64,000 nt of DNA from Octopus vulgaris (Eukaryota), in contig OX597833.1 of assembly GCA_951406725.2 (NCBI GenBank), positions 59,582,001 through 59,646,000 of the forward strand. The letters run 5' to 3'. The notes below the pieces were generated by a model. It worked only from the letters and a program-made list of their open reading frames with translations. It ran no database searches and had not been told where the DNA came from. Below, piece after piece: positions 27,327 through 38,879 of this stretch. The stretch's first letter is position 1. Each line of letters starts with the position of its first letter. The translations under genes were made by a program, and so were the position numbers.

Positions 27327-27784
27327 GGCACCAGTACATCATGACACATCACAACTGGTTTAATCACCAAACTTAACAACTGGCTGAGTTTTTCCAAGAT
27401 TTATTATCACAGACTACAACAAATAAACAATTGATTCCACTAAACTTTATTGAGCTCAGATTATTGAGTTTTAAAAACGACACACAGAAATATTGAAGAA
27501 AACTCTTTATTTTTGTATTATTGCACATTGACAAATTCACAAATCGATATACTCACGCTCACATGTCTACAGTGACAAACAGATACATCCAGAAGCATAC
27601 ACACACACGCATATATCTTTACTGATAACATATACACATATAGACACACACACACAACATATAGTATGAAATAAAGGAAATATATTTATTCTGTACCAAA
27701 ATCACAAGTCTACTGACTGAAAACGGACTCTGAAATACCCCAGTTGTCATACGTCTCACAAATTTGCTCGGTTGACGGCGAAAA
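27327..27784 (+). other. Probable 5' UTR portion of the ATG-containing exon
   Basis: Good acceptor tttctttatgtgttgcag| ending at 27326, followed by non-repetitive sequence up to the ATG; implies an upstream non-coding exon. Confidence 0.45.
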
Positions 27785-27997
27785 ATGGATGATACATTCA
27801 GCCATGGTTATTGTCAAATGAAGGACTCCCCAGTCGACCACCGGAAAGCTGAAGGGTCATTCAGACCCCAGACGGCTAAGGAGAAAATGAAACCCCCCAG
27901 GGATCCTTGCAGTTGTATTTACCTTGCTCTTGTGATGTCAGGAGCTGGATTCCTGCTGCCGTACAACAGTTTTATTACAGCTGTTGATTATTATCAG
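27785..27997 (+). CDS. SLC29A4: ENT4 coding exon 1 (MDDTFSHG...AVDYYQ), N-tail and TM1
   Basis: ATG at 27785; [27 protein letters not shown]; donor CAG|GTAATT at 27998; 213 nt, phase 0. Confidence 0.92.
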
Positions 27998-28038
27998 GTA
28001 ATTAATTAATTAATTAATTAATCACTTCTTCTTCCTCT

Positions 28039-28094
<56 letters not shown>

Positions 28095-28104
28095 TTCTTC
28101 TTCT

Positions 28105-28137
<33 letters not shown>

Positions 28138-31100
28138 CCTTCTCCTTCTTCTTCTTCCTCTTCCACTTCTTCCCTCTTCCTCCTCCTCCTCCTCCTCCTC
28201 CTCTTCTTCTTCTTCTTCTTCTTCTTCTTCTTTCTTCTTCTTCTTCTTCTTCTTCTTCTTCTTCTTCTTCTCGTCGTTGTAGTTGTTGTTTGTGGTGGTG
28301 GTTTTGGGGGTGGATTTGGCAGAACCTTCGAGTACCCTGGATACATCATAATTTTGCCTGATTCCAGTTATAAAGCAAGTGGGACGGTGGGTGTCTTTAC
28401 ATTTTTGTTATTATAGTTTTTCTTCTTCTTGTAGACACTTGTCGCTGAGGTAGAATGTTTCAGTTGGTCTACATCCTCTCACTTCATTGGCAATATACTG
28501 TCTCTGAAAAGGATAGTTCGACCTGGGTCCTTCTGGTTGCCTTACAGTAAATAGGCAACTTAGGGCAGAGTAGTTTATTGTGGAACATGGCAAGAGAAGG
28601 GAGCAAAGTACATAAATAATGTTTTATTAATTTGAAGTGCAAAGTGTTGGGAAAAGGCAATGAGAAACTCCTTAAACATCATTTATAGGTAACCGTGTTT
28701 ATCTTGCAGTGTCTTGTGAGAGTCATTATGCTGATATTGTGGAAGTGCAATGGCCCAGTGGTTAGGGCAGCGAACTCTCGGTCGTTGGATCGCGGTTTCG
28801 ATTCCCAGACCGGGCGTTGTGAGTGTTTATCGAGCGAAAACACCTAAAGCTCCACGAGTCTCCGGCAGGGGATGGTGGTGATCCCTGCTGTACTCTTTCA
28901 CCACAACTTTCTCTCACTCTTACTTCCTGTTTCTGTTGTACCTGTATTTCAAAGGGCCAGCCTTGTCACTCTCTGTGTCACGCTGAATATCCCCGAGAAC
29001 TACATTAAGGGTGCACGTGTCTGTGGAGTGCTCAGCCACTTACACGTTAATTTCACGAGCAGGCTGTTCCGTTGATCGGATCAACCAGAACCCACGTCGT
29101 CGTAACCGACGGAGTGCTTCCAGATGCTGATATTATTAATACATGCACTGGTTCAATCATTAGTTGATTGGTTTAAAATCCAACTAACTAATTGATTGTT
29201 TTTGTAATGCAACCTCTGTAATGGACTAAGAGAGAAGTCACTAAAAAGACTGCAAATAGCAAGAATTTTGACAAACAAAAACAAAACAAATGACCTGCTG
29301 TTTGACCAAGTTAAACAAACAATTGATTTATTAGTTGGATATTTAACTAATTGACTTATAATAAAAAATAATAAATGCGCTCTTTTAAAACTTAGCCAGG
29401 CTCATGTGCCCGGTTTCCCGGTTTCAATGGCATATGTGTTCCCCAGCTGGACAGGACGCCAGTCCATCACAGCATTACTCATTTTTGCCAGCTGAGTGGA
29501 CTGGAGCAACGTGAAAATGAAATGTTTTGCTCAAGAACACAACGCGTCACCCGGTCCAGGAATTGAAACCACAATCTTACGACCATGATGCTGACACCCT
29601 AACCACTAAGCCACACGCCTCCACATTGACTAATAATAAAGGAGGGAATTTGAACCAGTGCATGTGTTAATAATCTTTTCTACTGGAAGCAAAAGGCCTC
29701 AAATTTGGGGGAAGAGATTAAGTCAATTACATCGACCCCAGTGCATAACTGGTACCCATTTACTTGACCTTGAAAGGATGAAAGGTAAAGTAAACCTCAG
29801 TGGAATTTGAACTCAGAACGTAGTGGCAGATGAAATACCTATTTCTTTACTACACACAAGGGGCTAAACATAGAGAGGACAAACAAGGACAGACAAATGG
29901 ATTAAGTGGATTATATTGACCCTAGTGCGTAACTGGTACTTATTTAATCGATTCCGAAAGGATGAAAGGTAAAGTCGACCTCGGTGGAATTTGAACTCAA
30001 CGTAAAGGAAATACCTATTTCTTTACTACCCACAAGGGGCTAAACATAGAGAGGACAAACAAGGACTGACAAATGGATTAAGTTGATTATATCGACCTCA
30101 GTGCGTAACTGGTACTTATTTAATAAACCCTGAAAGGGTGAAAGGCAAAGTCAACCTCGGCGGAATTTGAACTCAGAACGTAAGCATTTCGCCCAGTGTG
30201 CTAACGTTTCTGCCAGCTCGCTGCCTTATTGCTAATGGGTTGCTAATGATTCTGCCAGCTCACTGCCTTAAGTGTTTGTGTGAATAATTTTGGCATAATG
30301 GCTCTCCCTCAACACAACAAAATTTGTTTCAACATATGAATTCACATAAGGAAACTTGCAAACGAGATACAAAAATGAAGTGTTCATGTTACTGCAACTA
30401 TCAACTCAGTTTATTGTAAACTCTGTACAATAGGCGCAGGAGTGGCTGTGTGGTAAGTAGCTTGTTTACCAACCACATGGTTCTGGGTTCAGTCCCACTG
30501 CGTGGCACCTTGGCCAAGTGTCTTCTGCTATAGTCTCGGGCCGACCAAAGCCTTGTGAGTGGATTTGGTAGACGGAAACTGAAAGAAGCCCGTCGTATAT
30601 ATGTATATATATATATATATGCGTGTGTGTGTTTGTGTGTCTGTGTTTGTCCCCCTAGCATTGCTTGACAACCGATGCTGGTGTGTTTATGTCCCCGTTA
30701 CTTAGCGGTTCGGCAAAAGAGACCGATAGACTAAGTACTGGGCTTACAAAAGAATAAGTCCCTGGGTCGAGTTGCCCGATTAAAGGCGGTGCTCCAGCAT
30801 GGTCGCAGTCATATGACTGAAACAAGTATAAAAGAGAAAAGAGTAAAAAGTAATTAACAAATATTTTGTTTTGATGTATTCCGTGTCTTCTTTCATTTTT
30901 TTGAAAGGAAATTGTTCAATTTTGTTGTTGCTCTCTCTTGTAGGACCGATTCCCCAGGACAACCATTGAATTTGACATGAGCCTCACCTATATTGTGGTT
31001 GCTTTCTTCAGCGTAGTCGCCACAAACGTGCTTGTCGAAACATTCAGCTTGAAACTCCGGATTACATTTGGATACATTGTGGCATTTACAGTGTTGCTGC

Positions 31101-31415
31101 TCGTTACCATCTGCGACATTTGGCTGGAAATGTTTTCCAAAGAAACATCATATGGCATCACCCTAATGGCAGTTGGTATGGTGGCTGTTGGATCAACAAG
31201 TAAGTTTATAGAGTTGAGCCAGTCAAACATTTTGTCATATCCCAGAACATAGAAATGATTACGTGGCTGTGTGGTAAGTAGCTTGCTAACCAACCACATG
31301 GTTCCGGGTTCAGTCCCACTGCGTGGCATCTTGGGCAAGTGTCTTCTGCTATAGCCCCGGGCCGACCAATGCCTTGTGAGTGGATTTGGTAGACGGAAAC
31401 TGAAAGAAGCCTGTC

Positions 31416-31465
<50 letters not shown>

Positions 31466-34400
31466 TTGTGTGTCTGTGTTTGTTCCCCTAGCATTGCTTG
31501 ACAACCGATGCTGGTGTGTTTGCGTCCCCATCACTTGGCGGTTCGGCAAAAAGTGACCGATAGAATAAGTACTGGGCTTACAAAAAGAATAAGTCCCGAG
31601 GTCGAGTTGCTCGACTAAAGGCAGTGCTCCAGCATGGCCGCAGTCAAATGACTGAAACAAGTAAAAGAGTAAAGAGTAAATGGTTACCACTGCTTTCATT
31701 TATTTCCTCATATGAGGAATCACTGCCCAAACTGACCGGCCACTTGTAAAACATATATTACTTATCCTATGTATGTCTTCATTCATAAATGAAGTAAAAA
31801 GTAAACTTTTTCTTCATTAGTAAATACTATGACAATCTCAGATTCTTCCAAATTATTCAGTAATTTTCAGTCTACCAGCTGAGACAGTATATATTTCTTT
31901 ACTACCCACAAGGGGCTAAACACAGAGGGGACAAACAAGGACAGACAAAGGGATTAAGTCGATTACATCGACCCCAGTGCATAACTGGTACTTAATTTAT
32001 CGACCCAGAAAGGATGAAAGACAAAGTCGACCTCGGCAGAATTTGAACTCGGAACGTAACGACAGACGAAATACGGCTACGCAGGTCGCCCGGCGTGCTA
32101 ACGTTTCTGTCAGCTCGCCGAGTATAGTCAGTCTATCAACAGAGATGATAATAGACTAAGGGTCAGTTTATCAATCGTAAAAGTAATGGTCAATTTATCA
32201 GTTGAAGCAGTACTGGTCAGTCTATCAACTGAGACAGTTATGGTTAACTAAAATAGTAATGGTCAGTCTAATAACTGAGATTAATGGTCAGTTTATCAGT
32301 TGAGACAGTACTGATCAGTCTGTCAACTAAGACAGTAATGGTCAATTGAAACAATTGTGGTCAGTCTATCAATTGAGGCAATAATAGTCTATCAACTGTG
32401 GAGGCGCAATGGCCCAGTGGTTAGGGCAGCTGACTCGCGGTTTCGATTCCCAGACTGGGTGTTGTGAGTGTTTATTGAGCGAAAACACCTAAAAGCTCCA
32501 CGAGGCTCCGGCAGGGATGGTGGTGATCCCTGCTGTACTCTTTCACCACAACTTTCTCTCACTCTTACTTCCTGTTTCTGTTGTACCTGTATTTCAAAGG
32601 GCCGGCCTTTGTCACTCTCTGTGTCATGCTGAATATCCCTGAGAACTGCGTTAAGGGTACATGTGTCTGTGGAGTGCTCAGCCACTTACACGTTAATTTT
32701 ACGAGCAGGCTGTTCCATTGATCGGATCAACCGGAACCCTTATCGTCGTAACCGACGGAGTGCTTCCATATCCAGTCTATCAACTGAGACATTAATGGTC
32801 AACCTCTCATTTGAGATGGAAAGGTCAATCTGTTAGCCAAGATGGTAATGGTCAGTTGATCAGTTGAAACAGTAATATTCAGTTCACCAGTTTAGATGGT
32901 AACGGTCATTCTATCAAAGATAGTAACAGTAAATTGAGACAGTTGCGGTCAGTTTGTCAGTTGAGATAGTAATGGTCAGTGTACCAGATAAAGCAGTTGT
33001 GGTCAGGCTAACAGCTGACACGATCATGGTCAGTTTATGAACATATATGTGCCAGTTGTGCTAACATATCTAATTGTGGCATCATGGTGTCTGCCCTATA
33101 CTTTGAATTATGTAACAAATTATAGTGAACATTCACTTCTACTTGATATTGGATAAACTCCAGCCTGGTTTCATTTTTGCCCCGGGGCCAAGTTTTCTCT
33201 TTTTCTCCTCCACAGAATCAAAGGTTATTCAAATCAACCAAATTATTTCTTTATAAAATATTGATTGGATGCCAAACTGCAAGAATTCTATTGACTCATC
33301 ATTTTGACTCACCTGTCACCATATCAAACCTAATTAACTTTCTACGTTCATAACAAATTAAACATTCCTTTTGCTGTTCTATTAATAGATATGTCAATAA
33401 TTTCTCACCACTCTGCCATACATTCCACTACCCTGCCCTACATCCCCACCATTCTGTTCTATATTCCTATCAGTTCTATACAACATTCCCACTATTCTGT
33501 CCTATATTCCCACCATTCTGTCCTATATTCCCACCATTCTGTCCTATATTCCTACTAGTTTTATCCTCGATTCTCATCAGTTCTGTCCTATATTCCTATC
33601 AGTTCTATCCTATATTCCCACTATTCTGTCCTATATTTCCACCACTCTGTTCTATATTCCTACTAGTGTTATCCTCAATTCCCATCAGTTCTGACCTATA
33701 TTCCCACTATTCTGTCCAATATTTCCACCACTCTGTCCTATATTCCCACCATTCTGTCCTATATTCCTACTAGTTTTATCCTCGATTCCCATCAGTTCTG
33801 TCCTATATTCCCACAAGTTCTGTATTCCCACCACTGTGTCCTATATTCCTATCATTCTGTCCTATATTCCCACTAGTTCTTCCCTACCAACTGATCATTA
33901 TCTCTCCATTGTAGTTCAACAATCCAGTTTCTATGGTTACACCAGTATGCTACCCCATCGTTACACACAAGCTGTCATGACAGGAGAAAGTAAGTATTAT
34001 TCAAATTCTCTTACCCTCATTCTGTCTGTCTCTTCATCACCCCCCCCCACCTTTCTTATTTGTTAACTAAACTTTTTTGAAGTCATTCATTCTTTTAGTG
34101 TTAGTATTTTCTTCCATTCATGAATGTATGTGTGTGTGTGTATTTGTGTGTTTGTGCATGTGTGTGTGAATGCATGTATGTGTATAAGACAACTAATCAA
34201 CTGTGTGTGTGTGTATGTGTGAACTAGATGGCAACTCATCCACTAAATTATGACGACTTTCTCCGCAGTTATGTTAATCACTTGCGTTGTTGCTCACACC
34301 TGTGTTACCTATGACTTTACAACCCTAGTCTGTCAAAAATCTAGGCCTTAGACACTCACCTGAAGAAACAGCAATAATTATTCATTTATAAGAGACCAAA

Positions 34401-35400
34401 ATTACTAGGCACACCTGCTGCCATTAGGTCCCTATTTTCTGGAATGCCACCCCTTTCTATACATAGTTATACCTACATGCATTATACTAGGTCATCCCAT
34501 AAATAATGTTTCTTTATACTTCTGTTATTTTTCAAAATTAAAATAAAGTTCTTTTTTAATCTAAAATATACTCTCCTTCAAAATATTTTCGTCGCTCTAA
34601 GACCGCGACCTGTTCACTGACAAAAATCCGTGCTGATTTTTGTCAATGAACAGGTCGCGGTCTTAAAGCGACGAAAATATTTTGACAAATTAAACTTAAA
34701 TACTCTCCTTCATTTTTCTACAATGCTCTTCCACCTATTTGGTAGACTTGTAAGGCCCCTCTTCCAAAATTTACTCATCCATGATGAAAAATACTCCTCC
34801 AGTGCTGTTCTGACCTTGTCTACAGGGGGTTCACCACTCCCTCTCCCTGTCGGAGCCTCGTGGAGCTTGGGGGTTTTTGCTCAATAAACACTCACAATGC
34901 CCGGTCTGGGAATCGAAACCGTGTTCTTACAACCGTGAGTCCGCTGCCCTAACCACTGGGCCATTGCGCCTGCACGCTGATGTTGCTGACTTGCTTCTCA
35001 TTCTAAAATTATTGGTTTTGTGTCAAAATTTCAATCCCTCATCACTCTTATAATTCAAGTTTTGTTGAAACTCCTGAAATCTTGCATGAGCAGAGGGTTT
35101 GCTAGCTGCAGCCTAAGGTACCAAACGATAAGTTCTCTTCAACTATCTAATACTCTTCTGATGATTTTGGCAATGCCAAGGATGCAGACATTTTGCAACA
35201 GCTCTACTGGCCAATCTATTCTCATGTCTTTTATAATTCCTCAGGAGTGGCTGTGTGGAAAGTAGCTTGCTTACCAACCACATGGTTCTGGGTTCAGTCC
35301 CACTGCGTGACACCTTGGGCAAGTGTCTTCTACTACAGCCTTGGGCCAATCAAAGCCTTGTGAGTGGATTTGGTAGATGGAAACTGAAAGAAGCCCGTCG

Positions 35401-35434
<34 letters not shown>

Positions 35435-38400
35435 TGTGTCTATGTGTGTGTGTGTGTGTGTATTTGTGTGTCTGTGTTTGACCCCCAGCATTGCTTGACA
35501 ACCAATGCTGGTGTGTTTACGTCCCTGTAACTTAGCAGTTCAGCAAATGAGACCGATAGAATAAGTACTGGGCTTTCAAAGAATAAGAAGTCATGGGGTC
35601 GATTTGCTCGATTGACTAAGGGCGGTGCTCCAGCATGGACACAGTCAAATGACTGAAACAAGTAAAAAAAGAGTAATACCTTTTGATACTGTCCCCGAGG
35701 CCCTACAACCACCACCACCACCATCACTACCACCACCACCACCACCACCATCACTACCACCACCACCACCACCACCACTACCACCACCACCACCACCACC
35801 ACCACTACCACCACTACCACTACCACCACCACTACCAGCATCACCACCACCACCACTACCACCACCACCACCACTACCACTACCACCACCACTACCAGCA
35901 TCACCACCACTACCACCACTACTACCACCACCACTACCACCACCACCACCACCACTACCACCACTACCACCACCACTACCACCACCACCACCACCACCAC
36001 CACTACCACCACCACCACTACCACCACATCCACCACCACTACCACCACCACTACCACCACCACCACCACCACTACCACAACCACCACCACCACCACCACT
36101 ACCACCACCACCACTACCTCCGCCACTACCACCACCACCACCACCACCACTACCACCACCACCACCACCACCACCACCACCACTACCACCACCACCACCA
36201 CCACCACCACCACCACCACCACCACCACCACCACCACCACCACCAACACTACCACCACTACCACCACGACCACCACCACTACCACCCATCACCACCACCA
36301 CCACCACCACAACCACCACCTCAACCATCATCATCATCATCATCATTATAACTGTTGTGGGTTTATATCTGTTTATTTTTCTCATTTCCCCTTTTTTCCC
36401 TTCTGCAAATAGGTGCAGCAGGTTTAGTCATCTCAAGCAACCGTATCCTCACGAAAGCCCTGCTACACAACCAGAGAACAAACACGATCATCTTCTTCAC
36501 GATTTCACTGACGATCGTCTGCCTCTGTTTCATCCTGTTCCATGTGGTGCGACGCAGTCAGTTTGTACGTTATTACGTCAGCCAATGTGAGATGGCCGGT
36601 CTGGCAGAAGAGCAGCGAGGAATTGCAAACCCTAATCCAGCATCTGGTCCCTTCACCGAGGAAGTAAGCTTAGTAAGCTGTGTTTTTATTTCATAGATGC
36701 TCATCAAAAGCTTATCCTAGTTGGGGGAGTTTTTAAGGTAAATAAAAGGGATCAGTTTTAGAGTCAATAAAAGGGCAGTTTTAAAGTCATTAAAAGGGAT
36801 CAGTTTTAAAGTCAATAAAAGGGATCAGTTTTAAAGTCAATAAAAGGGATCAGTTTTAAAGTCAATAAAAGGGATCAGTTTTAAAGTCAATAAAAGGGAT
36901 CAGTTTTAAAGTCATTAAAAGGGATCAGTTTTAAAGTCAATAAAAGGGATCAGTTTTAAAGTCATTAAAAAGGATCAGTTTTAAAGTCATTAAAAGGGAT
37001 CAGTTTTAAAGTGAATAAAAGGGATCAGTTTTAAAGTCAATAAAAGGGATCAGTTTTAAAGTCAATAAAATGGATCAGTTTTAAAGTCAATAAAGGGGAT
37101 CAGTTTAAAGTCGTTAAAAGGGATCAGTTTTAAAGTCAATAAATGGGATCAGTTTTAAAGTCAATAAAATGGATCAGTTTTAAAGTCATTAAAAGGGATC
37201 AGTTTTAAAGTCATTAAAAGGGATCAGTTTTAAAGTCATTAAAAGGGATCAGTTTTAAAGTCAATAAAAGGGATCAGTTTTAAAGTCATTAAAAGGGATC
37301 AGTTTTAGAGTCAATAAAAGGGATCAGTTTTAAAGTCATTAAAAGGGATCAGTTTTAAAGTCAATAAAAGGGATCAGTTTTAAAGTCAATAAAATGGATC
37401 AGTTTTAAAGTCAATAAAGGGGATCAGTTTAAAGTCATTAAAAGGGATCAGTTATAAAGTCAATAAAAGGGATCAGTTTTAAAGTCAATAAAATGGATCA
37501 GTTTTAAAGTCATTAAAAGGGATCAGTTTTAAAGTCATTAAAAGGGATCAGTTTTAAAGTCAATAAAAGGGATCAGTTTTAAAGTCATTAAAAGGGATCA
37601 GTTTTAGAGTCAATAAAGGGATCAGTTTTAAAGTCATTAAAAGGGATCAGTTTTAAAGTCAATAAAAGGGATCAGTTTTAAAGTCAATAAAATGGATCAG
37701 TTTTAAAGTCAATAAAGGGGATCAGTTTAAAGTCATTAAAAGGGATCAGTTTTAAAGTCAATAAATGGGATCAGTTTTAAAGTCAATAAAATGGATCAGT
37801 TTTAAAGTCATTAAAAGGGATCAGTTTTAAAGTCATTAAAAGGGATCAGTTTTAAAGTCATTAAAAGGGATCAGTTTTAAATTCAATAAAAGGGATCAGT
37901 TTTAAAGTCAATAAAAGGGATCAGTTTTAAAGTCAATAAAAGGGATCAGTTTTAAAGTCAATAGAAGGGATCAGTTTTAAAGTCAATAGAAGGGATCAGT
38001 TTTAAAGTCATTAAAAGGGATCAGTTATAAAGTCAATAAAAGGGATCAGTTTTAAAGTCAATAGAAGGGATCAGTTTTAAAGTCATTAAAAGGGATCAGT
38101 TTTAAAGTCAATAAAAGGGATCAGTTTTAAAGTCAATAGAAGGGATCAGTTTTAAAGTCAATAGAAGGGATCAGTTTTAAAGTCATTAAAAGGGATCAGT
38201 TATAAAGTCAATAAAAGGGATCAGTTTTAAAGTCAATAGAAGGGATCAGTTTTAAAGTCAATAAAAGGGATCAGTTTTAAAGTCAATAAAAGGGATCAGT
38301 TTTATTTATTAGTTAATCCATGAGGGAATGTGGATTCTGCAATGAAGCAGAACAGAGACAAGGAAATGAGAATGTTATTTATTTCTGTGTGTATGCGTGT

Positions 38401-38832
38401 GTGTGTGTGCGTGTCTGTTTGTGTGTGTGTGTGTGTGTGTGTGCATGTGTGTGTGTGTCTGTGTGTGTGTGTGTGTGGTATGTATATGGTTACCTTGGTA
38501 ATGCTATATATGTATGTGAGTGATTACTTTGAAAGTGTTATGTGTATGTGTGTGTGTGGTCACTTTGGTAATGTTTTATATATATCTATATCAGTGGTTT
38601 TCAACCAGGGTTCCGCCAGTGCAGTCCAGGGGTTCCGCCAGTACAGTCCAGGGGTTCCGCAAGAAGTTACAAAACTGCTAAAATCGGCAGTAATTTTTAA
38701 TTCTCCTGTGCAGATATGTGTGCATAAGACTATTAAATTATTGCACAGGGGTTCCTCGAGCCAGTGGAATGTTTCCTTGGGGTTCCACTCCAGCAAAAAG
38801 TTTGAAAAGCACTGATCTATATATATATCTCT

Positions 38833-38879
<47 letters not shown>

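Noticed and set aside
30432-30510. SINE heads as tRNA genes
   Set aside because: A/B boxes only, no full cloverleaf, and they continue into SINE bodies present in many copies
35440-36385. Long poly-Val, poly-Pro, poly-His and poly-Gly ORFs
   Set aside because: Translations of a (CAC)n microsatellite open in several frames; intronic
36741-38303. CRISPR-like regular array
   Set aside because: Head-to-tail 25-bp units with no unique spacers, no cas genes, and a eukaryotic intron context
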